From Flavobacteriales bacterium (lineage in GTDB: Bacteria; Bacteroidota; Bacteroidia; Flavobacteriales_D; Sanyastnellaceae), in contig JAIXWX010000016.1 in assembly GCA_027491075.1 (NCBI GenBank), positions 22,582-86,581 on the forward strand: a stretch of DNA of 64,000 bases, read 5' to 3'. The notes under the pieces were generated by a model that was not told the DNA's origin, made no database searches, and saw only the letters and a program-made list of their open reading frames with translations. Position numbers and translations under genes: made by a program. The first letter of the stretch is position 1. Each line of letters begins with the position of its first letter. Shown here in pieces: positions 8,925 to 18,600 of the stretch.

Positions 8925-11900
8925 ATGCTAGAAAAATTTAAAGAGTTCAAAGCCACGAGCTGGGCGATAGATAACAAAACAACAATCTATCTGTTGACGA
9001 TTTTTATCACGCTCGCTGGTATTGTGTCGTATAGAAACTTACCGAAAGAGCAGTTTCCTGACATTGTCATCCCAACCATTTACGTTTCAACAGGATTGCC
9101 TTCCACGTCACCAAAAGACATGGAAAATTTGGTAACGAAGCCTATCGAAAAGCAAATCAAATCCATCGCTGGTGTTAAAAAAATGACCAGCCAATCCCTA
9201 GAAAATTATAGCGTCGTCATGGTAGAGTTCAATACGGATGTTGACGTTGCTATCGCAAAACAAAAAGTAAAGGACGCCGTCGAAAAAGCTGAAAAAGACC
9301 TTCCCACAGATCCCAACATGGTACAGTCTGTAATGGAAGTGGAGTTCTCCGAAATGCCCATACTTTTTGTCAATATTTCTGGTGACTATGATCTTTCTAA
9401 GCTTAAAAAATATGCCGACGATTTAAAAGACCGTATCGAAGGACTGCGCGAAATCACTCGTGTAGATATTGTTGGTGCGCTCGAAAGAGAAATTCAAATC
9501 GATGTAGACATGTATAAAGCGCAAGCCGCACGAATTACCATGTCTGACATTGAAAACGCCGTGCGCTACGAAAACATGACCATCAATGGTGGTAATGTCA
9601 CCATGGATGATATGCAAAGGTCTATTACTGTTTCAGGCGAATACGAAAACATTCTTCAAATCCAAAACCTTGTTATAAACTCCATGACTGGAGCACAAGT
9701 TTACCTGAAAGACATAGCCCAAGTCCGCGATGGATACGCTGAACAAGCCAGTTATGGTCGTCTTGATAAAAAGAATGTAATCACGCTCAACATCATTAAA
9801 CGAGGTGGAGAAAACCTGATCGAGGCGTCAGACAAAATCTATGACATCATCGATGAAATGAAGGCTAATGAATTTCCTGAAAATCTAAACATCGAGATCA
9901 CAGGAGATCAATCAGATGGCACGCGCGTTACTCTTCACGACCTAATCAATACCATCATTATCGGTTTCATTCTTGTTACTTTGATTCTGATGTTCTTCAT
10001 GGGAGTTACTAATGCAATCTTCGTTGGTCTTTCTGTTCCACTCTCCATGTTCATCGCTTTCATGATTCTACCAGGAATTGACTTCTCATTGAACATGATC
10101 GTATTGTTCGCATTCCTCTTGGGGTTGGGAATTGTTGTAGATGACGCCATTGTCGTCATTGAAAATACACACCGAATTTTCGACAATGGAAAGGTGCCTA
10201 TCAAGGTTGCTGCTAAAAAAGCTGCTGGTGAAATTTTCTTACCTGTTCTATCGGGAACGGCTACAACCCTAGCGCCTTTCGTGCCTCTGGCGTTTTGGGA
10301 AGGGGTAATTGGAAAATTTATGTTCTACTTGCCAATCACGTTGATCATAACTCTCACGGCCTCCTTGGTAGTTGCGTATATTATCAACCCCGTATTTGCC
10401 GTGGATTTCATGAAGCCCCACAACCATGCACCAGATCCTACTAAACGCAAAAAATCATTCCGAGTAACAACCATTATTCTACTTGCTTTTGCTGCGCTAT
10501 TCTATATTTCCGGTAGTTTCGGATTGGGCAACTTCACTGTTACTATGTGGCTCCTGTTTCTACTCTATCGTTTTATACTTGAGAAAGCTATTGGCGCATT
10601 TCAAAACAAACTTTGGCCTCGCGTACAAAACTTCTATGCTAAGTTCTTAGAGTGGGCTTTAAAACGACCCAAAACAGTACTCGTTTCTACCCTTGGATTA
10701 TTGGTCTTAAGTATTTTTCTAACTGCTGTTCGCAGCCCAAAAGTGGTCTTCTTTCCACAAGCGGACCCTAACTTCGTCTATGTCTATGCAACGCTGCCCG
10801 TAGGCACCAAACCTGAAGCTTCCGACTCGGTAGCTCAAATTATTGAAAACCGCGTATACTCTGTTATTGGTGATAACAACCCTCTGGTAAAATCAGTAAT
10901 AACAAACGTCGCCGTGGGTGCAAACGAAGCACAAGACGACCGTGCGACGTATCCTAACAAAGCAAAAGTCGGTGTCGCATTCGTCAAATTTGCTGAAAGA
11001 AACGGGCAAAGCACTGCAGTCTATTTGGAAAAAATACGAGAGGCTGTAAAAGGAATACCCGGTGTTGAAATCGCGGTCGATCAAGAGCAAAGCGGTCCAC
11101 CCGTGGCCAAACCCATTAACATCGAAATCAGCGGGGAGAATTTTGATGATCTCATCAACACCTCCATCGATTTGAAACGTTATTTGGAAAGTAAAAACGT
11201 ATCGGGAGTGGAGGAACTTAAATCAGACCTTCAACTCAATAAGCCAGAAGTCACTATTGATGTAAACACCGAACGCGCCAATAGAGAAGGAATCAGCACA
11301 GCTCAAATAGGCATGGCGCTTAGAACCGCTGTCTTCGGTGCTGAGGTTTCCAGATTCAGAGATGATCAGGATGACTACCCCATCATGCTTCGCTTCAATG
11401 AAGAACAACGCAACAATATTGAAGAATTAAGAAACTTGATCATTACCTATCGCGACATGAACATGGGCGGCGCGGTAAGACAAATTCCGCTTTCTTCCAT
11501 TGCTGATGTGAAGTACACAACGACCTATGCTTCCATCAAAAGAAAAAATCAAAAGCGTGTGATTACACTCGCATCGAATGTGATGTCGGACTCAAACCCC
11601 AACGAGGTCGTTGCCGCCATACAACAAGAAATAAATTCCTATACCAATATCCCCGATGGGGTGATTGTAAAAATGACTGGAGAACAAGAAGAACAAGCTG
11701 AAACAGCAGCTTTCCTTGGGTTTGCTGGTTTACTCGCAATAGGCTTAATTGTGTTGATCCTCATCATGCAGTTCAATTCTATTGGCAGAACAGTTATCAT
11801 CCTTTCCGAAATTGTGTTCAGTATTATCGGTGTATTGTTAGGTCTCGCCCTCTTTGGAATGGAGATCTCTATTGTAATGACCGGTGTCGGTATCGTTGCC

Positions 11901-12293
11901 CTTGCTGGTATCGTCGTGCGGAATGGTATTCTGCTAGTTGAATTCACAGACATTCTGCGAGGCGAGGGCAAAAACCTGCACGATGCAATAGTGGAGGCAG
12001 GCAGAGTAAGAATGACACCCGTACTGCTCACAGCCACTGCGACTATTTTAGGTATGATTCCGCTTGCAGTTGGATTTAATATTGACTTCGTAACGATGTT
12101 TACGGAACTCGATCCTAAAATTTATTTCGGTGGAGACAACGTCGCCTTCTGGGGACCGTTGTCCTGGACCATCGTATTTGGATTGAGTTTCGCAACATTC
12201 ATTACACTCATCATTGTTCCAGTAATGTATGAGCTTTCAGAAAAAACAAAACAGCGACTCTTCAAAAAGAAGTTAGACGCACCACAAGGATAA
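8925..12293 (+). CDS. efflux RND transporter permease (AcrB/AcrD/AcrF family)
   Basis: The 1122-aa protein has two 6-TM bundles with large periplasmic loops. It carries the conserved GIVVDDAIVVIEN motif. Confidence 0.95.
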   Translation: MLEKFKEFKATSWAIDNKTTIYLLTIFITLAGIVSYRNLPKEQFPDIVIPTIYVSTGLPSTSPKDMENLVTKPIEKQIKSIAGVKKMTSQSLENYSVVMVEFNTDVDVAIAKQKVKDAVEKAEKDLPTDPNMVQSVMEVEFSEMPILFVNISGDYDLSKLKKYADDLKDRIEGLREITRVDIVGALEREIQIDVDMYKAQAARITMSDIENAVRYENMTINGGNVTMDDMQRSITVSGEYENILQIQNLVINSMTGAQVYLKDIAQVRDGYAEQASYGRLDKKNVITLNIIKRGGENLIEASDKIYDIIDEMKANEFPENLNIEITGDQSDGTRVTLHDLINTIIIGFILVTLILMFFMGVTNAIFVGLSVPLSMFIAFMILPGIDFSLNMIVLFAFLLGLGIVVDDAIVVIENTHRIFDNGKVPIKVAAKKAAGEIFLPVLSGTATTLAPFVPLAFWEGVIGKFMFYLPITLIITLTASLVVAYIINPVFAVDFMKPHNHAPDPTKRKKSFRVTTIILLAFAALFYISGSFGLGNFTVTMWLLFLLYRFILEKAIGAFQNKLWPRVQNFYAKFLEWALKRPKTVLVSTLGLLVLSIFLTAVRSPKVVFFPQADPNFVYVYATLPVGTKPEASDSVAQIIENRVYSVIGDNNPLVKSVITNVAVGANEAQDDRATYPNKAKVGVAFVKFAERNGQSTAVYLEKIREAVKGIPGVEIAVDQEQSGPPVAKPINIEISGENFDDLINTSIDLKRYLESKNVSGVEELKSDLQLNKPEVTIDVNTERANREGISTAQIGMALRTAVFGAEVSRFRDDQDDYPIMLRFNEEQRNNIEELRNLIITYRDMNMGGAVRQIPLSSIADVKYTTTYASIKRKNQKRVITLASNVMSDSNPNEVVAAIQQEINSYTNIPDGVIVKMTGEQEEQAETAAFLGFAGLLAIGLIVLILIMQFNSIGRTVIILSEIVFSIIGVLLGLALFGMEISIVMTGVGIVALAGIVVRNGILLVEFTDILRGEGKNLHDAIVEAGRVRMTPVLLTATATILGMIPLAVGFNIDFVTMFTELDPKIYFGGDNVAFWGPLSWTIVFGLSFATFITLIIVPVMYELSEKTKQRLFKKKLDAPQG

Positions 12294-12315
12294 ATCAGCA
12301 GAAACGTTTGCTGAT
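12294..12315. promoter_or_regulatory. palindrome ATCAGCA-GAAACGTT-TGCTGAT containing AAACGTTT
   Basis: The 7-bp arms begin at the first nt after the RND permease stop codon. The octamer is the same one found in the tetR-upstream repeats. Confidence 0.3.
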
Positions 12316-12326
12316 GTTCATTAAAG

Positions 12327-12345
12327 CACCATCACTCTGATGGTG
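12327..12345. terminator. hairpin CACCATCA-CTC-TGATGGTG followed by GTTTGGTT
   Basis: An 8-bp perfect stem lies between the convergent RND and sigma genes. Confidence 0.5.
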
Positions 12346-12366
12346 GTTTGGTTAAGGTTTAGGCAG

Positions 12367-12390
12367 CTATCCCGCCGTACGGCGGGATAG
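12367..12390. terminator. perfect 24-nt palindrome CTATCCCGCCG-TA-CGGCGGGATAG followed by TTGTTTTAT
   Basis: The 11-bp GC-rich stem coincides with the stop codon and the last 7 sense codons of the minus-strand sigma gene. It is followed by T-rich sequence on the plus strand only. Confidence 0.5.
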
Positions 12391-12843
12391 TTGTTTTATA
12401 ACCATGCGCTTACCATTTTGTACGATAGACTTCACCCGCGATATGGAAACACCAAGCTCAATACTAATCTCTCTATAGGATTTGTCTTCTAAATAAAATA
12501 ACTCCAAACCCCTTCGTTGTGCGGGCCGTATCGTAGTTAAGCATTGCATAACCAGCTCTACCTTCTCTTCCTCTCCATCATTCATCTCTTCAAAAAATGT
12601 CAAACTACAATGGGACTCTCCTCTATAACGTAAGCGATATTGCTTTAAACTCTCATGACGAACAACCTTTATAAGCCAGCCTTTTGGACAATGAACACGT
12701 CCTGCTCTAAAGTGAATAACAAAGCGTTCAAAACAATCCGATACAACATCTTGACTTTGGCTTTTGTCTTGTAAAATTCGATTTGAAATGTGTAGAAGTT
12801 GTTCTCTCGTTTCTCTCCACACTAATACTATTGCTTGATCCAT
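12367..12843 (-). CDS. ECF-like sigma-70 family RNA polymerase sigma factor
   Basis: The 158-aa protein has a region-2-like segment (DVVSDCFERF...PKGWLIKVVRHESLKQYR). Its region-4 HTH reads LFYLEDKSYREISIELGVSISRVKSIVQNGKR. Confidence 0.8.
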   Translation of the reverse strand: MDQAIVLVWRETREQLLHISNRILQDKSQSQDVVSDCFERFVIHFRAGRVHCPKGWLIKVVRHESLKQYRLRYRGESHCSLTFFEEMNDGEEEKVELVMQCLTTIRPAQRRGLELFYLEDKSYREISIELGVSISRVKSIVQNGKRMVIKQLSRRTAG

Positions 12844-12873
12844 AAAGAATTCTTTTGAATCAAGTTCCGACTT

Positions 12874-13599
12874 CTATTCGTTTTCCCTCAAACGCTCATA
12901 ATAATCTTCAAGGTAACTTTTCGTTTCTACCACCACCACCCCTCCCGTCGTATCGCCATATTTTGCGGGAAGTCCTCCTGTATAAACCACTATAGAGCTG
13001 ATCCCCGGGCCTGGAACATTCGGAACATTTTCCCTGATTTTTACCCCGTCTATGAAGTATAATACTGAACCATTTCTACTTCCCCTGAAGTAAAGCTCCT
13101 CTCCTCGAGATCCTGTTTTGATGTCAGAAGTCAATGCCGCAACAATGGCTTTCAAATTCCCTCCGTGAAACACAGACATTTGTCTCAATTCCTTTGATTT
13201 AATAGATACCATCGTTCCCCCGTTCTTGTCTATCAAGTCTCGATGGCCCACAACCACAAGAGGTTTGACCATTGCGCCTGACATTTCTGTCATTCGAACA
13301 TCTTCAACAAAGGTGTATTGATCAGCGATTACGTGAAGGTCGTTCACTCTTACATCCGAAAAACCATTATAAATAACTACTATCCAATAGATCCCCGGCT
13401 GCAGCGGTTTAAAGACATACGCCCCTGTGGAGTCCGTTCTTAGACGCTTAATATCCGCTCCCGCGGAACACTGTACTTCTGCTCCAGGTAAAGGTTGATC
13501 GCTCGAGTCTAAAACGCGCCCTCTTATTTCTCCATATCCCTGACTAAACAGGCTTCCATAAACCACAAGTGCCAAAACGAATAACATATGTTTTCTCAT
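12874..13599 (-). CDS. secreted CarboxypepD_reg + TonB-receptor Plug domain protein lacking a beta-barrel
   Basis: The signal peptide is MRKHMLFVLALVVYGSLFSQ, so I prefer the ATG at 13599 over 13641. A carboxypeptidase-regulatory-like domain (GRVLDSSDQPLPGAEV...TDSTGAYVF) follows. The plug domain (LYFRGSRNGSVLYFIDGVKI...YTGGLPAKYGDTTGGVVVVETK) ends 15 aa before the stop. Confidence 0.75.
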   Translation of the reverse strand: MRKHMLFVLALVVYGSLFSQGYGEIRGRVLDSSDQPLPGAEVQCSAGADIKRLRTDSTGAYVFKPLQPGIYWIVVIYNGFSDVRVNDLHVIADQYTFVEDVRMTEMSGAMVKPLVVVGHRDLIDKNGGTMVSIKSKELRQMSVFHGGNLKAIVAALTSDIKTGSRGEELYFRGSRNGSVLYFIDGVKIRENVPNVPGPGISSIVVYTGGLPAKYGDTTGGVVVVETKSYLEDYYERLRENE

Positions 13600-13722
13600 A
13601 GCATTTTTTACTTTAAGAGTCAAGGCGCACCTTTTTTCCATAATTCATATCTATTTTTTTTTCGTCGAACAGAATGAACTAATTTCGCGCCCTCATTCAA
13701 TCATAATTGATCGAGGCTCTCT

Positions 13723-15624
13723 ATGAGTGATGCCATCAAGCACGAGTGCGGTATTGCACTCCTCCGACTGAAGAAACCGCTTCAGTTTTACTCCGAGAAA
13801 TACGGAACTCCCTTCTACGGCCTGAATAAAATGTACTTGATGATGGAAAAAGAGCACAACCGTGGCCAAGACGGCGCGGGGCTCGCCAACATTAAACTCG
13901 ATCCGCAGCCCGGAAAAAAGTACATCAGCCGTATCAGATCCAATGACAATCAGCCCATCCGCGACGTTTTCGCAAAAGTCATGGGGCGTTTTGCTGATTT
14001 GGAAAAAGACAACCCTCAAGCCCTCAAAAACACGCAATTCCTAAAAGACAACTTCGCCTTTACTGGAGAACTCTTCTTAGGTCATTTGAGATACGGCACT
14101 TTCGGCGGAAACAGCATCGAAAACTGCCATCCATTCCTGCGCCAAAACAACTGGATGACGCGAAATTTAGTTGTAGCAGGAAACTTCAACCTTACCAATG
14201 TAGACGAACTTTTTGGTCTTCTTGTAGAACTAGGACAACATCCCAAAGAAAAAACCGACACCGTCACGGTGATGGAAAAAATCGGTCATTTTCTTGACGA
14301 GGAAAATCAAGTTCTTTTCGATCAATACAAAGCACTCGGTTATAACAACCAACAAATTACAGAACTAATCGGTCAGCACCTCGATGTGCAACGTGTTCTT
14401 TCCAGAGCGTCACGTGAGTTTGATGGTGGCTACACCATGTGTGGACTTATCGGTCACGGAGACGCCTTCGTGCTGCGTGATCCCAACGGTATTCGCCCTG
14501 CTTATTGGTACGAGGATGATGAGGTGTGTGTGGTAGCGTCAGAAAGACCCCCCATTCAAACCGCATTCAATGTTCCTGTTGAAAGCATTCGGGAAATCGA
14601 GCCTGGTCATGCCTATATCATCAAAAAAGACGGCAGATCATCTATCAAAAAGATTCGCGAGCCGCAAGAAAAACTCTCCTGCACTTTTGAACGAATTTAC
14701 TTCTCCAGAGGAAACGATAAAGATGTTTATGCAGAAAGACAAAACCTAGGCAGAAACATCGTTCCTGAAATTCTCAAGAAGGTAAACTTCGATTTGGACA
14801 ACACTGTTTTTTCTTTCATTCCCAACACAGCAGAAACGGCCTTCTATGGCATGATCAAGGCGCTTGAAGATCATTTGAACGATAAAAAAATCGAACAAAT
14901 CGCTCAGCTAGGCTCGTCTTGGACTAAAGAAAAAATCGAATCCATTATACGCCACAGAGCAAGAATTGAGAAAATCGCCATTAAGGATGTCAAGCTAAGA
15001 ACTTTCATCACTCAGGACAGTGCCAGAGATGAAATGGTAGCTCATGTATATGACGTCACTCACGGGACAATTAAAAAAGGTGAGGATACCCTAGTGGTCA
15101 TCGATGACTCCATCGTGCGAGGAACTACACTCAAGAAGTCAATCATTAAAATGCTCGATCGATTGGGTCCAAAAAAAATAATCATCGCCTCTTCAGCTCC
15201 TCAAATTCGATATCCGGACTGTTATGGAATTGATATGGCTAAGCTGGGTGACTTTATCGCTTTTCAAGCTGCAGTCAAGCTCCTTGAAGAGCGCGGATTG
15301 ACTAGTGTATTGGATGTGGTATATAAAAAATGTAAGGATCAAGAAGAGGCTCCAAAAGAACATGTTAAAAATTACGTAAAGGAAGTATACGAGCCATTTA
15401 CGCCTGAAGAAATTTCCTCTAAAATCGCGGAGCTTGTTACTCCTTCTGATATTTCAGCAAATGTGGAAGTGGTCTTCCAGTCTATTGAAGGCTTACACCA
15501 GGCCTGCCCTGATCATAAAGGCGACTGGTACTTTAGTGGAAATTATCCAACATCAGGAGGAAACAAAGTAGTCAATAAGGCCTTCATCAATTATATCGAA
15601 GGAAAGAACGAAAGAGCTTATTAA
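13723..15624 (+). CDS. purF: amidophosphoribosyltransferase, long Bacteroidota form
   Basis: It has the N-terminal Ntn-type HECGIA, the class-II GATase signature NRGQDGAG, and the PRTase loop LVVIDDSIVRGTT. The protein is 633 aa. Confidence 0.95.
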   Translation: MSDAIKHECGIALLRLKKPLQFYSEKYGTPFYGLNKMYLMMEKEHNRGQDGAGLANIKLDPQPGKKYISRIRSNDNQPIRDVFAKVMGRFADLEKDNPQALKNTQFLKDNFAFTGELFLGHLRYGTFGGNSIENCHPFLRQNNWMTRNLVVAGNFNLTNVDELFGLLVELGQHPKEKTDTVTVMEKIGHFLDEENQVLFDQYKALGYNNQQITELIGQHLDVQRVLSRASREFDGGYTMCGLIGHGDAFVLRDPNGIRPAYWYEDDEVCVVASERPPIQTAFNVPVESIREIEPGHAYIIKKDGRSSIKKIREPQEKLSCTFERIYFSRGNDKDVYAERQNLGRNIVPEILKKVNFDLDNTVFSFIPNTAETAFYGMIKALEDHLNDKKIEQIAQLGSSWTKEKIESIIRHRARIEKIAIKDVKLRTFITQDSARDEMVAHVYDVTHGTIKKGEDTLVVIDDSIVRGTTLKKSIIKMLDRLGPKKIIIASSAPQIRYPDCYGIDMAKLGDFIAFQAAVKLLEERGLTSVLDVVYKKCKDQEEAPKEHVKNYVKEVYEPFTPEEISSKIAELVTPSDISANVEVVFQSIEGLHQACPDHKGDWYFSGNYPTSGGNKVVNKAFINYIEGKNERAY

Positions 15625-15647
15625 TTTTTTTCTTAGAAAATAAAAAA

Positions 15648-15675
15648 GCCTCTCGCCAAAGGCGAGAGGCTTTTT
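15648..15675. terminator. bidirectional rho-independent terminator GCCTCTCGCC-AAA-GGCGAGAGGC
   Basis: The 10-bp perfect stem is flanked by A6 upstream and T5 downstream. It lies between convergent purF and the T9SS cargo gene. Confidence 0.75.
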
Positions 15676-15693
15676 ACTTTTATTCATCTCGTG

Positions 15694-18600
15694 TTACTTC
15701 TGTATCACAATTGTTTCGTTCTGCATCATTGAGTTACCAATCATTTCCAAGTGATAGGTTCCCGCAGTAAGAGTACTTAAATCAATCTGTTCTACAGCTC
15801 CAGTATTCATTACGCGAACGTCGTTGAACACCAACTTCCCTGTTTGGTCAAATACACGAACTGTCATTTTCTCTGAAGTCCCTTTGTTCACCAATTGGAA
15901 GCGACCGTTGGATGGGTTTGGATAAACCTCTAACATATCCATCGCTGCCACTTCATTAACACTTACATCGGAGCAATCAAATGTCAAGACAGGAGAGGTA
16001 ATCAAGCAACCATCCAAATTCACGGAATTCACAGTGATCAATACTTGCTCATTGTTCGGGAACGGTCCTACTTGAATAGTTCCCAAGAAATTCACTACGT
16101 ATTGCTCTTGGTTTTCACTGTTAGAAACAATGTATGGAGCTCCATTACCCAAAGCAGAAATTGTCATCGTTACATAATACTCTGGAGCTTGACCTTGTGG
16201 GCAATGAGGAACAAAGCTTACTGTTGGCCAAACGCAATCATAGATACATGAACCATCGTCCTCTGTAGCGATTGGGTTATAGTTCAGAGCATCCGCATCA
16301 GTACAGCCTTCAATCACAGAGTAGTCGCAAGATCCGTCATCGATTGTCGCAGTTGGATCGTAATTGTTTGCCGCATCGTCTGTACAACCAGCACAAGTGA
16401 TGTACTCACATGTCCCGTTGTCTATCAGAGCCAAAGGATTGTAATTACAAGCCTCAGAATCTGTGCAACCAAACTGATTATTATAAATACAGCTTCCGTC
16501 ATTGATAGTAGCAAGCGGGTTGTAGTTCAAAGCAGCCGGGTCAGTACAACCTAAAACTGCCGCTTCACAACCATTGTTTGGAGGTAGGTTTCCACTGCAC
16601 ACTCCAAAAGGATCTTGTGCTGGAGCACCGTCAATATCTCCACAGTCAAAGCCCCAAGTAGAGCAATTAAAGTCTACCGGCTGACCCAACCAATCAAAGC
16701 CTCCAAGATCCGCAAAATCATCACCTAGCCAACTGGTAACTCCAATGCTGTGCTCTGTTCCAGCACAGTCACAGATAGTGATTTCATTATCACATGTACC
16801 GGTCGTAAAGATCTCAACTTCGCTGAATGAACCATCACTCAGTGTATAGAAGAAGCTGTATGTAGTCTCACCTTCTAAATTAAATAAATCCAATGTTGAA
16901 CCACTCAATACTGGTTCTACACCGTCATTAACTATAACTTCCTGATAATCGACTCCGTCTAGAGATACAAATACAGAGGCTACTTCACAATCTCCTGTGT
17001 AATTGAACGACAATTCTACGGAAGGGAACAATGATATTCCATCCGCACCCATCGTGCAATAACCTGCGCCAACAGTCAATCCCAAACCACTGCAAGTTTG
17101 AACAACTTGGTCTATACAAAAATCTTGAATATACTGTATTCCAAAGTTCCCTCCACCTTCAACCAAAAGCTCTCCTTCAGTTGTTGTAACAGTAAAGAAA
17201 CCTGGCGTTGGATCAGCACACTCCACTCCAGACAAACCGTCCTCGAAAGAATCGGTTATGTTAAAACTGTAACAACCTGGTGCCAAGCACAAATTCTCTG
17301 TCACCAACTCGTTTTCCAAAATAGGGGTTACAGAAGGGTCTAATTCATAAAGAAGATTGCCTTGATCATCTGCAATAGCAATATAGCTTTCGCCTGGCCA
17401 ACAGTCAAATTGAATCACCATGGCCACGTCTTGACACGTCGGAGGTGTATCAATACATCCATTGCCTGGAGGCAGATTACCGTCACATACTCCAAAAGGA
17501 TCTTCTAAATTTCCTGTTCCAGCATCGTCGCAATCAAAGCCCCAAGTAGAACAATTGAAGTTTACAGGAAGTGCTGGATCATTGTTCCAGTTGTACGAAC
17601 CGTCATCTAAAAATCCATCTCCCAACCAACTAGTAGCTTCAATGGGAAGAACTGTTCCTGCACAGTCACAGATCGTCTCCCCTGTAGTGCACGAAGGAGT
17701 AGTGAATGTTATAGTAGGAGATAGAGAACCATCACTTAACTCATAATACATGCTATATTCTGTGTCCGGGTCCAAAAGAAAACCGATGGGCACTCCTGAA
17801 ACAATTCCATCAGCAGAAATGTCAACTGAAAACGCAGGTTCTCCATTTATGGAAAGCCAAGCATTTTGAACAATACAGTCGCCAGTAAAATCAAACGTAA
17901 AATCAGCAATTGCTACTGGCAACCCCTGATTAACGGTACATAAAGGCTCCGAAACAGAAAAACCGTCAGCAGAGCAAACGCCTGTAGTACCTCCAACACA
18001 AAACTCAAAAGTAGCGCCTGCCCCATAGCTCGGGTCGCCATCTACTAAAATCTCTCCAGTGGCCAAGGCTACACTGAAGTCTCCTATAACGGTGCAAGTT
18101 GTTCCCACCGGATTCAACCCATCACCATAACTGTCATTGATCGTAAAGTCATAACACCCTTCAGGTAGACACATCGTAGTTGTATAGGTTCCTTCTGTAA
18201 ACTCGCCAGCAGGAAATGTCTCCAAAAACACTTCGTGAACTACCATGCCCATCGCATCAGTAAGTACCCAATTTACCTCTGAGCCATAACAGTCTGTAAT
18301 AACTGTTACCTCTGTTTCTTGGCAAGCTGTTACTGCACAATCTTCGGTCACCGTTACAGTAGAAGTATTTGTAACGTCACCATTGTCGAGAACTCCTGTA
18401 ATGGCATAGGAAGAACCGGTTAAAGCACCGGTCAAAGTAAACGCTTCTCCTATTACGGCTCCAGCTGCAAGAGGCACGTTGAAAACAGGGCCGCCATCAA
18501 CTGAAACTTGAATTCCTGTTACCGCACAATCTCCTGAGCCAGATACCACCACTTGTAGTGTTGGACCAGTAGCGTCGCATGGACCCTGCGTAGCTCCGAT

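Noticed and set aside
12874-13599. The plug-only gene could be a pseudogene remnant of a TonB-dependent receptor.
   Set aside because: The ORF is intact with a signal peptide and complete domains. The downstream 30 nt run directly into the sigma gene, and no frameshifted barrel-like sequence follows. I kept it as a CDS, but truncation remains the main alternative (see findings).
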